In this document: positions 9,647 to 17,170 of the stretch, in pieces
Position numbering within the stretch: position 1 is the first letter of the stretch
Layout of the letters: each line of letters starts with the position of its first letter
IMG/VR virus record: IMGVR_UViG_3300030118_002182
Coordinates: 1-44,440 of that record
DNA length: 44,440 nt
From: a virus
Lineage: Duplodnaviria; Caudoviricetes
Reading direction: 5' to 3' (one strand)
Program-made: the position numbers and the translations under genes
The notes under the pieces: generated by a model
Seen by the model: only the letters and a program-made list of their open reading frames with translations
Told to the model about the DNA's origin: nothing
Databases searched by the model: none

Positions 9647-9970
9647 TTAACTAGCTACTAAATGATATGTAGCAAAGTCATTACCTTTACCGCCAGTGGT
9701 TTCTATAACATACCCCTGTTGTTTTAAAGTAAAGATTATACCTGATAATCTAGTAGCACTATACTTTTGTATAGCTTCCCAAGAAGTAATCTTGCCGTGT
9801 TCTTTTAAATGATTAAGAACAAACAATGTTTTACTTGGTCTGCCATTAACTTTTGTAATCCTACTTCTACCTGTTTGTAGAGTCTTTACATTGGTATGTC
9901 TTTTTCTACCAGTCGCATATGTCTTTGTGCTGACTGCTTTCTTTCTACCATCTGCTAATGTTTTACCCAT
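9647..9970 (-). CDS. Winged-HTH DNA-binding protein
   Basis: VLNHLKEHGKITSWEAIQKYSATRLSGIIFTLKQQGYVIET. Confidence 0.75.
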   Translation of the reverse strand: MGKTLADGRKKAVSTKTYATGRKRHTNVKTLQTGRSRITKVNGRPSKTLFVLNHLKEHGKITSWEAIQKYSATRLSGIIFTLKQQGYVIETTGGKGNDFATYHLVAS

Positions 9971-9989
9971 CTTGATTCACCTCCTTCAC

Positions 9990-10724
9990 TCATCTTTTAC
10001 TCCATTTACTTTGACCCTTCAATCCACCTCCGCAGTGATTGTAGTAGCCACAATATTTAACATTACACTCCCACTCATAAACTGGTGAAGTGCCTAACGA
10101 TACCTCTGGTATCCCAATTTTAAATCTTTCATTCACATCTTTCCAATACTCGTAAGCCTTGGTAATAAAGGAGTTAGGGACAATGACCTCTCTCATCAAA
10201 GATGTGTCTTTGTTGTAGTAAATCAATGCTAGTTTCTGCAACTCAACATCATACTTCTGTTGATACCAATACGCATAAGTGCCAAGCTGCAACGCATAGT
10301 TCTCCGCAGGTTCAGGGTCTGGTGTTCTACCAAACAAGTTCCTCCACTTGAAACTATTGCAAGTCTTTACATCATACATAGCATCATCATCTACTATACA
10401 TATATCAAAGAAACCTCTAACATTGATGTCCTGTATCTGTATTTCTTCTTCAATCAAAACATCAATGTTTTCTTTTTCTCCGTGCTTTAACAATGCATCT
10501 TGAATGTCATTGTGTACCAAGTCCCCTAGTCTAAATAATCTCAAAGTATTGTCATCTATTGGTGTTGATTCTACTTGCTCTACACTATTGTAGTATATCT
10601 TACGCATACACATCCCGCTAGATGATGCGTGAAACCAACTCTCTCTATCCTCATATCTATTGATACGATTGTCCTCGTTGAGTTTCTTTAAATACCCTGC
10701 ATATATATCTTTTATATCAAGCAC
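9990..10724 (-). CDS. Cas4-like PD-(D/E)XK exonuclease
   Basis: SSGMCMRK...GDLVH...GFFD...DVKT...QLGTY...WECNVKYCGYYNHC (1+3 Cys Fe-S pattern). Confidence 0.85.
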   Translation of the reverse strand: MLDIKDIYAGYLKKLNEDNRINRYEDRESWFHASSSGMCMRKIYYNSVEQVESTPIDDNTLRLFRLGDLVHNDIQDALLKHGEKENIDVLIEEEIQIQDINVRGFFDICIVDDDAMYDVKTCNSFKWRNLFGRTPDPEPAENYALQLGTYAYWYQQKYDVELQKLALIYYNKDTSLMREVIVPNSFITKAYEYWKDVNERFKIGIPEVSLGTSPVYEWECNVKYCGYYNHCGGGLKGQSKWSKR

Positions 10725-11055
10725 TACCTTCGCCTAACATATACACTTGCTCACTATCTATAAATTCTAGCTTGTTCATTCTACATACTTTCTTTACCGC
10801 ATCTTTTAGCATTGAAGTAAACCTGTTAGCTTTGGGGTTCTTTGGATGATGATTCATCATAATCACCTCAAACTCCATAAGGTTCACAACCTCTCTACAT
10901 ATCTCATTAGACTTCTTTGCTTCCATATCTTCAAAACCTTTAACATACGCACCTATGTCCTCCTTTGCAAGTGGCACAATAACAGCATACTGATTTAGTT
11001 CTTCTAAGTCTGCTCTATATTTAGCTTCAATGCTTTCTACATTATACTCCCTCAT
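10717..11055 (-). CDS. Hypothetical protein
   Basis: ORF coupled to nuclease gene. Confidence 0.7.
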   Translation of the reverse strand: MREYNVESIEAKYRADLEELNQYAVIVPLAKEDIGAYVKGFEDMEAKKSNEICREVVNLMEFEVIMMNHHPKNPKANRFTSMLKDAVKKVCRMNKLEFIDSEQVYMLGEGSA

Positions 11056-11331
11056 ATTCTTTTTCTTCCTCCTTTTGTGTTTCTATTAATTCATCTCTGT
11101 TCTTTTTTGACACTTCTTCAAGATGTCCTAATGTTAGTCTTAATTTATAAACTAATTGCTCTATTGTGTGTAGCTCAGTAAATGCTTTACTTACTGCTTT
11201 ATCTAATTTATCACTCACTTTCTTTCTCCTTCGTTGTTTCTACGATTGCCAGATAACACCCAAAACAATAGGGTTGATTATCTATTTGGTAAACATCCCA
11301 TATCATTATAGTCTTCCAACAATCATAGCAT

Positions 11332-11610
11332 TTACATATTTTCATACACTTCTTCTGCCATATCACTTGTCATATTGTCCATAGCATAGTCCTGCATCTT
11401 CTCATTCCAACCATCTAGCTCTGCTTGTGCATTGGCTTCTAGTTGTTCAATCTCTTTATCAAACTCATCACGCATACTATCTGTATCGTAGTGTGTAATA
11501 CCTGTTTCCTCATCTATTGTATAATAGACTGGTATTGTTATTTCGTTTTCATTGTTCATTACTTCCTCCACTTCTTGTCTTTGTCTATCTATCTCTTTGA
11601 ACTTTCCCAT
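11332..11610 (-). CDS. Acidic hypothetical protein
   Basis: Asp/Glu-rich ORF. Confidence 0.7.
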   Translation of the reverse strand: MGKFKEIDRQRQEVEEVMNNENEITIPVYYTIDEETGITHYDTDSMRDEFDKEIEQLEANAQAELDGWNEKMQDYAMDNMTSDMAEEVYENM

Positions 11611-11786
11611 TGCTCATCTACTCCTTCTAATAGTCTTGCTTTACTTTTATTAGGTTCTTTCAATAGACTATTGATTTCTTGAAAGACCTTCTCTGTTAGT
11701 TGTTCTGATAACATAACTTCATACTGCTGTCCATTGTTATCATACCATTCTATAAATACTCCCCAATCAAAATTAGGTTGCTTCAT
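11589..11786 (-). CDS. Hypothetical protein
   Basis: GGAGG RBS. Confidence 0.65.
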   Translation of the reverse strand: MKQPNFDWGVFIEWYDNNGQQYEVMLSEQLTEKVFQEINSLLKEPNKSKARLLEGVDEQWESSKR

Positions 11787-12099
11787 TTACTTCCTCCATA
11801 TTTAGGTCATCAAAGTTTGCTCCATCATAACACTTGGAACAAATCCCTGTTTGTTCTTCTTCTATGAAACTATTGCCAAAAGGTTCCGCAGTGCAACAAG
11901 TGGACTGCCAATCCCTCTTTTCACATACATCACACTCGTTGATAGTGATAGTAGGGTTATCTCCTTTGACATTGTTTCCGCAATAACTACACTCAATCTG
12001 TGGCTCATACAATCCATACATATCTGTATGTTTTTGTTGAACATATTTAAGATAGCCTAATGCTTCTCTTCCATTGTCATCCATTCTCAATGCCTTCAT
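11773..12099 (-). CDS. Cys-rich putative zinc-binding protein
   Basis: CSYC, CDVC, STCC, CSKC. Confidence 0.65.
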   Translation of the reverse strand: MKALRMDDNGREALGYLKYVQQKHTDMYGLYEPQIECSYCGNNVKGDNPTITINECDVCEKRDWQSTCCTAEPFGNSFIEEEQTGICSKCYDGANFDDLNMEEVNEAT

Positions 12100-12460
12100 T
12101 CATCTCATTCAATCTGTTCTGTATAGTCAATCTTATCCACTTATCAAAGCCATAAGCATAACTATTGTTCGAGCCTATGTTGAACTGCACTTCCTCATCT
12201 AACTTCCAGAAGTCCACTGGTTTGATACCATCCGCAGGGTCATACAAGGTAGTGTATTTCCAATCATACAAAGTGATTGGTGTCCCTGATTCTGTGTGTT
12301 CAAAAATGTATTCACCTGACACTTTATAACTATCCATAATGTGTGGCTTACCAAACACCATCAATAGCTCCACAGGCTTCAACATAACTTCGTGAAATCT
12401 GTAAGTTCCACTTGTTTCTACATTAGGGTTTATCCTATATTCATTTACTTTCATTGTCAT
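12077..12460 (-). CDS. Hypothetical phage early protein
   Basis: FGKP...KVSGEY...TLYDWK...FNIG pattern; GGAGG RBS. Confidence 0.7.
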   Translation of the reverse strand: MTMKVNEYRINPNVETSGTYRFHEVMLKPVELLMVFGKPHIMDSYKVSGEYIFEHTESGTPITLYDWKYTTLYDPADGIKPVDFWKLDEEVQFNIGSNNSYAYGFDKWIRLTIQNRLNEMNEGIENG

Positions 12461-12683
12461 CCTCCATTATTTTATCTTGAAAATCTGATACACATATCAT
12501 AGCAGTTTCAACAACTCCATCTGCAAATCCATCTTGATAGTCCACGAGAAACTTGTTCCATTGCTCATCTGTTAGTTCCTCTGCTATGTGGTCTTTCTCA
12601 AAATACTGCCACAAGACATTTGCTTTTTCAAGCAGTCTCCATAGTGTATCATACTCTTTGTCTGTTAGTTTATTACTTTTCAT
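12441..12683 (-). CDS. Acidic hypothetical protein
   Basis: ORF with RBS. Confidence 0.7.
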   Translation of the reverse strand: MKSNKLTDKEYDTLWRLLEKANVLWQYFEKDHIAEELTDEQWNKFLVDYQDGFADGVVETAMICVSDFQDKIMEDDNESK

Positions 12684-12793
12684 TTTTCTTCCTTTATTCC
12701 AATTAGTTTTAGTAGTGTTGTCATTATGATATACAATATCCCAATGAACATCATCACATAACTAATTATGTATGTTATTATTTTACTAATCAT
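12680..12793 (-). CDS. 37-aa single-TM peptide (MISKIITYIISYVMMFIGILYII...)
   Basis: GAGGAG RBS; ATGA overlap with next gene. Confidence 0.6.
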   Translation of the reverse strand: MISKIITYIISYVMMFIGILYIIMTTLLKLIGIKEEK

Positions 12794-12795
12794 TA

Positions 12796-12820
12796 TACTC
12801 CTCTTGCTAAATAAAGTTCC
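12796..12820 (-). promoter_or_regulatory. ECF-type promoter 2
   Basis: GGAAC-N16-AGTA. Confidence 0.75.
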
Positions 12821-12829
12821 CACTTTTTT

Positions 12830-13159
12830 TTATCTCCAACTTCTATCTACTTTATCTTCAAAATATCTGTTCTGATACCATATGTGGTTCATTAATATCT
12901 GAACACAGGTATTAATATCATTGCCTTCTCTAATTGTGCAGACGATAGTATACACATAGTTCATTCGTATTCTATATGCACAATCTCCCATTCCAAACAA
13001 CTCTACATTGTAGTCTGCTACATTTTCAATCTCATCTTTTTCTTGTAGTTGATTATGTAGTTCTACATTTACCAGATTAGCAATAGCTTTTGTTTTATCT
13101 TTTGGCTCCTTGAACCTGTATTTTGTTTTTATGTTTTCAAACTCTTTACTTATATTCAT
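12830..13159 (-). CDS. Hypothetical protein
   Basis: AAGGAGG RBS before ATG 13159. Confidence 0.7.
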   Translation of the reverse strand: MNISKEFENIKTKYRFKEPKDKTKAIANLVNVELHNQLQEKDEIENVADYNVELFGMGDCAYRIRMNYVYTIVCTIREGNDINTCVQILMNHIWYQNRYFEDKVDRSWR

Positions 13160-13175
13160 TTGTCCTCCTTGTTTG

Positions 13176-13556
13176 TTATAGTTCTGCTTCATAATAGCAA
13201 GAACCTAGTTCTTTTATACATTTAACTATTTTAATACCTAACTGCAATCTTGCATACCACATCAGTAGTTCTCTTCTTTTGCCATCATTTTCTTCACCTT
13301 CTAAGTTCAATGCTTCTGATAACATTTTATCATTGTATGAATCATTTGAGTTGAAAAATTTATTCATCTTTGTTAAGTATCCACGCAGGTTAGCTTTACA
13401 TTCTGCTACACCTTTTTCTGCTCTTTCTAAATCATCAGAGTAATAAGGTATATAACTTGGTTCTTGTTCTCTCATACCAAAGTAGTCTCCATCACAAGAC
13501 GATTGAACTGCAAACCAAAACTTACCTTCTATATCTCCATTGTAATATCTTCCCAT
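13176..13556 (-). CDS. Hypothetical phage protein (MGRYYNGDIEGKFWFAVQSS...)
   Basis: AAGGAG RBS. Confidence 0.75.
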   Translation of the reverse strand: MGRYYNGDIEGKFWFAVQSSCDGDYFGMREQEPSYIPYYSDDLERAEKGVAECKANLRGYLTKMNKFFNSNDSYNDKMLSEALNLEGEENDGKRRELLMWYARLQLGIKIVKCIKELGSCYYEAEL

Positions 13557-13849
13557 TATTTGTTCTCCTTTATGTATTTTATCATTTCACTTGCAGAAGC
13601 AACACCAACAGGCAACACACCATCATTTTTATCGTCTTGCCAATATAATGCACCTGCGTCATTTCCCTCATCATCACAACTTACATAAAATTGTGTTCCA
13701 TCTTCTACTTGAAATACCAAGCCTGTGCTTGAATATTCATCATCTATGTCCCAACTTTGCCATTGAACAGCAGTTATCTTTTTATTCAAGAGCAAAGATT
13801 GTGCTTTTTTATACCATTTTTCATTTCTTTTAAAGTCAATCGTATTCAT
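13556..13849 (-). CDS. Hypothetical protein
   Basis: DDEGNDAGAL motif; GAGGAC upstream. Confidence 0.7.
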   Translation of the reverse strand: MNTIDFKRNEKWYKKAQSLLLNKKITAVQWQSWDIDDEYSSTGLVFQVEDGTQFYVSCDDEGNDAGALYWQDDKNDGVLPVGVASASEMIKYIKENK

Positions 13850-14085
13850 TTGTCCTCCTCATTTTCAAATACATCTCTGTATTTTTTACATATACATTTA
13901 TACTCTCTTAGGAAACCATTAACTATTCTTATCTCCTCTTTGAGTTCTTTGAACATAGTTTCATCATCAAGGTTTCCATCATTATCAATGAGACATAGGT
14001 TTGGGTTGGTTATCCAATACATCTCTCCAACCAAGTCTATTTTCTCTTCAAGATATTTTTCTAGTGGTATGTGTGGTTTGTTCAT
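13846..14085 (-). CDS. Hypothetical protein
   Basis: Translationally coupled ORF. Confidence 0.7.
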   Translation of the reverse strand: MNKPHIPLEKYLEEKIDLVGEMYWITNPNLCLIDNDGNLDDETMFKELKEEIRIVNGFLREYKCICKKYRDVFENEEDK

Positions 14086-14387
14086 TAGTCCTCTTTTCGT
14101 TTGTATTTAATATCTACTATCCAATAGTCCTCTCCATCATCATAACTCTCCAAGTTATCTCCAAGTTCCTCAACTATTCTATCATAGTTCTCTTGAATAT
14201 AGAAATAACTTTCTTTGTCTTGTAAAGGGCTATCCATAAACTCTAACTCTTCCAAAACACTTCTGACTTCTGTTATCATATTGTATTCTCCACCAAGTCT
14301 AATATGTTCATAATCACAAAACTTATTATAAACATTTTCTACTTCGTGTTCTTGTTGTAGTTCATACATCTCTTTATATGTTTTCAT
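14085..14387 (-). CDS. Very acidic hypothetical protein
   Basis: AAGGAG RBS directly after promoter 3. Confidence 0.75.
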   Translation of the reverse strand: MKTYKEMYELQQEHEVENVYNKFCDYEHIRLGGEYNMITEVRSVLEELEFMDSPLQDKESYFYIQENYDRIVEELGDNLESYDDGEDYWIVDIKYKRKED

Positions 14388-14411
14388 TTGTTCTCCTTTG
14401 TTTATTATATA

Positions 14412-14436
14412 TACTCATATTAGGAACTTATGTTCC
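14412..14436 (-). promoter_or_regulatory. ECF-type promoter 3
   Basis: GGAAC-N16-AGTA; contains AGGAAC-N4-GTTCCT inverted repeat. Confidence 0.75.
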
Positions 14437-14439
14437 TGA

Positions 14440-14607
14440 TTATTTTTTTGCTTTTATGTATTCTTTTGTTAGTTTGTCTTTGAAATAGTCATATTTATTA
14501 TCACTATGCATATACATAAACATCATTTCTTTTGCTTTTGGGTATTGTATAAACATATTCTCAAATATTTCTTTTATTGTTCTTTCTGTTTCAAAATACT
14601 CGTTCAT
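14440..14607 (-). CDS. Hypothetical protein, 55 aa (MNEYFETER...)
   Basis: AAGGAG RBS. Confidence 0.7.
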   Translation of the reverse strand: MNEYFETERTIKEIFENMFIQYPKAKEMMFMYMHSDNKYDYFKDKLTKEYIKAKK

Positions 14608-14617
14608 TTGTTCTCCT

Positions 14618-14953
14618 TTAATATTCTAATACGATGTATCTATAAGTCCAATTATCACTCATATAATCTTGTGGCTTATCATAATACTTAAACTCTATCA
14701 GTTCTGTCTTATCCATAATATCATCAAGACTTTTTTCATTGTATTGCTCCAATAATTCTTGTTCACTTTCGTATTCTGCATAGTCGGAACAAATAGCAAT
14801 CCAATCCATTTCTATTTGTTCGCCAGTCTCTTCTTCTAAATCCACTAAATATTTATATAGTGCCTTCTTACCATCATAAGAAAAATTATCTTTATATTGG
14901 TGATACTGATTACTTATATTTATAAAATTATGTTCACTCACATTTCTATACAT
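14618..14953 (-). CDS. Acidic early protein
   Basis: FSYDGKKALYKYL...EMDWIAICSDYAEY; RBS after promoter 4. Confidence 0.75.
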   Translation of the reverse strand: MYRNVSEHNFINISNQYHQYKDNFSYDGKKALYKYLVDLEEETGEQIEMDWIAICSDYAEYESEQELLEQYNEKSLDDIMDKTELIEFKYYDKPQDYMSDNWTYRYIVLEY

Positions 14954-14979
14954 ATATTCTCCTTTGTTTATATTAGTCT

Positions 14980-15004
14980 AATGCTTTTAATCTATAAAGG
15001 TTCC
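14980..15004 (-). promoter_or_regulatory. ECF-type promoter 4
   Basis: GGAAC-N16-CATT. Confidence 0.75.
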
Positions 15005-15009
15005 CAACT

Positions 15010-15219
15010 TTATTTTATTTTCTTTAAATAATGTTCTATTGCATCTAACATTATTTCTGCTTGGTGACTTTCAGTTTCAAGAATAGTATATTCTTCTCGT
15101 TCTTCGTCATAATACCTGCCATCAAAGTTTTTAAACTCTCTATCCATTATTCTTTCGTTGCATTTTATAATAGTTTCGCAACTTTTTTTTATGGACATTA
15201 CAATTTCTTTATAATCCAT
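15010..15219 (-). CDS. Hypothetical protein
   Basis: AAGGAG RBS after promoter 5. Confidence 0.7.
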   Translation of the reverse strand: MDYKEIVMSIKKSCETIIKCNERIMDREFKNFDGRYYDEEREEYTILETESHQAEIMLDAIEHYLKKIK

Positions 15220-15243
15220 TTACTCTCCTTTGTTTATTTTTTA

Positions 15244-15268
15244 TATGCCTGAAACCTTTTAAGGTTCC
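15244..15268 (-). promoter_or_regulatory. ECF-type promoter 5
   Basis: GGAAC-N16-CATA. Confidence 0.75.
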
Positions 15269-15277
15269 AGACTTTTT

Positions 15278-15380
15278 TTAATTGTGGTCAGATACCTCAC
15301 CTAACTTCCTGCTATCACACAATCTCATCTCTATATGTTCTGCGTGGAAATACACGCAATTTCGAACATATCACAATTAA
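15278..15380 (-). ncRNA. Branched structured intergenic element
   Basis: 15278-86/15372-80, 15333-40/15364-71, 15341-46/15353-58 perfect pairings. Confidence 0.4.
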
Positions 15381-15381
15381 T

Positions 15382-15612
15382 TTATTTATATATTGGTTTG
15401 TATTCCCAGTATATATTTACTGCCTCGTCTATGGCTTGTAATATTGCTTGCTCATCTGAACAATTATAATACTTGCCACTTTCAAGAGGAAATTTTTGCC
15501 CTCTTAACCTGACAAATTTTCCGTTGTCATTAGATAAGTATTTTGCCCTCTCTACTTTTATTTGTTTGGCTTTACTAATACCTAATAACAAAAGTTTATT
15601 TTTTAAAGTCAT
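15382..15612 (-). CDS. Hypothetical protein
   Basis: AGGAG RBS after promoter 6. Confidence 0.7.
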   Translation of the reverse strand: MTLKNKLLLLGISKAKQIKVERAKYLSNDNGKFVRLRGQKFPLESGKYYNCSDEQAILQAIDEAVNIYWEYKPIYK

Positions 15613-15636
15613 AAAAACTCCTGTGTTTATTAATGC

Positions 15637-15661
15637 AACGCATCACAATAAATAAAGTTCC
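15637..15661 (-). promoter_or_regulatory. ECF-type promoter 6
   Basis: GGAAC-N16-CGTT. Confidence 0.8.
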
Positions 15662-15714
15662 GAACTTTCTTATTTTTTTTTGGCTCTCTTTATTTTTGCC
15701 TTGCATACTAAACC

Positions 15715-15739
15715 AACTATATAATATTAAATAAGTTCC
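15715..15739 (-). promoter_or_regulatory. ECF-type promoter 7
   Basis: GGAAC-N16-AGTT. Confidence 0.7.
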
Positions 15740-15895
15740 CAAATATTTTTAATTAATTTATTTCTATGACGATAAAATTATTAAACGCTATCTACAAGCT
15801 AATAAAACACTTTTTTAGTGCTAGGTATTAATAAAGCGTCTTTGTAGCGTTTAAAGGCTATTTTAAAGCGTTTATGGGCTATGTATAAATATATG

Positions 15896-15920
15896 GGAAC
15901 TTTATTTTATTATTAGCGTA
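15896..15920 (+). promoter_or_regulatory. ECF-type promoter 8
   Basis: GGAAC-N16-CGTA. Confidence 0.8.
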
Positions 15921-15937
15921 TAAGCAAAATTTTGTAA

Positions 15938-15957
15938 TGTGGATAACTTGTTAATAA
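15938..15957. promoter_or_regulatory. Tandem DnaA-box pair
   Basis: TGTGGATAA (perfect) and TGTTAATAA, 11-bp period. Confidence 0.55.
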
Positions 15958-15975
15958 CTTTTTTTTAAAAACTTG

Positions 15976-16000
15976 GGAACCTTTTTTTATTTCATACATT
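15976..16000 (+). promoter_or_regulatory. ECF-type promoter 9
   Basis: GGAAC-N16-CATT. Confidence 0.75.
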
Positions 16001-16037
16001 AGATAATTGAAATACAAACAAAATAAGGAAAAAAACT

Positions 16038-16229
16038 ATGGAAAAAATATATATAACTAAAAAAGATTTTTTTAAATATTTAGATGAAATACCTATTAAA
16101 AATTTAGGGCTTTATAAAATTGATATAAAAAATAATTGTAATTATTACATAAAAGATAATTATAAATATTGTATGGAAAATAAATTTAATCCCTTAAAAG
16201 AAATATTTTATAAAATAAAAATAAAATAA
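16038..16229 (+). CDS. Hypothetical protein
   Basis: TAAGGA RBS after promoter 9. Confidence 0.65.
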   Translation: MEKIYITKKDFFKYLDEIPIKNLGLYKIDIKNNCNYYIKDNYKYCMENKFNPLKEIFYKIKIK

Positions 16230-16232
16230 TTG

Positions 16233-16257
16233 GGAACCAAAGACAATAATAATAGTA
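16233..16257 (+). promoter_or_regulatory. ECF-type promoter 10
   Basis: GGAAC-N16-AGTA. Confidence 0.75.
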
Positions 16258-16293
16258 TGTAGAGTAAGAATAATAATTTAAGGAATAAAAAAA

Positions 16294-16536
16294 ATGAATA
16301 ATTTAAAAAGTAAAATTCTTAGTTTAGATGTAGCCGATAACATTAAATCTATGCTGTTAAATAGAGTAAATAAACTTAAAGGCTGTAAGGTATTAATTAA
16401 AGGTGATAGTGTTGAAATAGTGCCAAAGTATTACAAAGAACTACACAAAAAGAAGGTTATGTATTCTTATAATTGCCTCAATATGCGTTGGCTAGAATTA
16501 GACGATAAATATAAAGAAAACATTATAATTTGTTGA
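16294..16536 (+). CDS. Hypothetical protein
   Basis: TAAGGA RBS after promoter 10. Confidence 0.7.
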   Translation: MNNLKSKILSLDVADNIKSMLLNRVNKLKGCKVLIKGDSVEIVPKYYKELHKKKVMYSYNCLNMRWLELDDKYKENIIIC

Positions 16537-16561
16537 TAAGTTGGGGATAAGTTGGGGGTAT
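16531..16561. promoter_or_regulatory. Tandem DnaA-box-like trio
   Basis: TGTTGATAA, TGGGGATAA, TGGGGGTAT at 11-bp period. Confidence 0.4.
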
Positions 16562-16580
16562 AAAAAAACCTAAATATATG

Positions 16581-16605
16581 GGAACTTTTAAACCCCCTAG
16601 GCATA
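16581..16605 (+). promoter_or_regulatory. ECF-type promoter 11
   Basis: GGAAC-N16-CATA. Confidence 0.75.
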
Positions 16606-16645
16606 TATATAGTAGAAATATTAATTACTATAAGGAAGAAATATA

Positions 16646-16915
16646 ATGAAAGATAAAATGAGAACAATAATACCTAATTATGTAGATAGAAAGAAAGAAT
16701 ATTTTTTGAATAGTCTTGGGTTCTTAATTGAACAGATTAAAAGAGATACAGATTATGACGAGAACAAATTTAATTCTATTTCATATACTTTAGGTTGGAA
16801 AAATGAAAAAGATTTAGATATTCTTTTAGATGTAGTAGACGATGTAAAAGCTACATTAAAACATAATTTAGAATATTTAAAAGAGTTAGAAACAGAAATA
16901 AAAAAGATGAATTAA
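16646..16915 (+). CDS. Hypothetical protein
   Basis: TAAGGA RBS after promoter 11. Confidence 0.7.
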   Translation: MKDKMRTIIPNYVDRKKEYFLNSLGFLIEQIKRDTDYDENKFNSISYTLGWKNEKDLDILLDVVDDVKATLKHNLEYLKELETEIKKMN

Positions 16916-16922
16916 AATAATA

Positions 16923-16960
16923 GGTTTAGGTTGGGGTTTTCAAAATCTCAACCTAAAACC
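16923..16960 (+). terminator. Hairpin ending the rightward early unit
   Basis: TTTAGGTTGGGGTTTT/AAAATCTCAACCTAAA with G-U pairs on plus strand. Confidence 0.55.
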
Positions 16961-17051
16961 AAATTTTCAACCTTGCCTTCGGGTGGGGGCTATACACAAA
17001 AAAACAAGCTCACACAAAATTGCATAATTTTTTTGGTAATTTTTTTTCAGC

Positions 17052-17170
17052 ATTAGGGTACCCAGTTATTAGGTTTCCCGAATATGTAGTGTGTGTCTTG
17101 GGTTTCCAAATAGGGTAACCCTAATAGGAATACCCTAATACGGATACCCTAATAGGGTAATACCCTAATA
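17052..17170. repeat. ACCCTAATA/TAGGGTA direct and inverted repeat cluster
   Basis: ACCCTAATA at 17118, 17132, 17146, 17162; TAGGGTA at 17054, 17111, 17153. Confidence 0.85.

Noticed and set aside
9990-10724. CRISPR-Cas adaptation module
   Set aside because: No cas1/cas2 or repeat-spacer array; solo Cas4-like nucleases next to ERF are ordinary phage recombination genes
9525-16605. GTTCCC/GGGAAC repeats as CRISPR repeats or integron attC sites
   Set aside because: Short, bipartite with fixed 16-nt spacer, oriented with genes, no integrase; a promoter explains them better
17052-17170. Telomeric TTAGGG repeats or protelomerase site
   Set aside because: Not tandem hexamers, no long perfect palindrome, no protelomerase gene recognised
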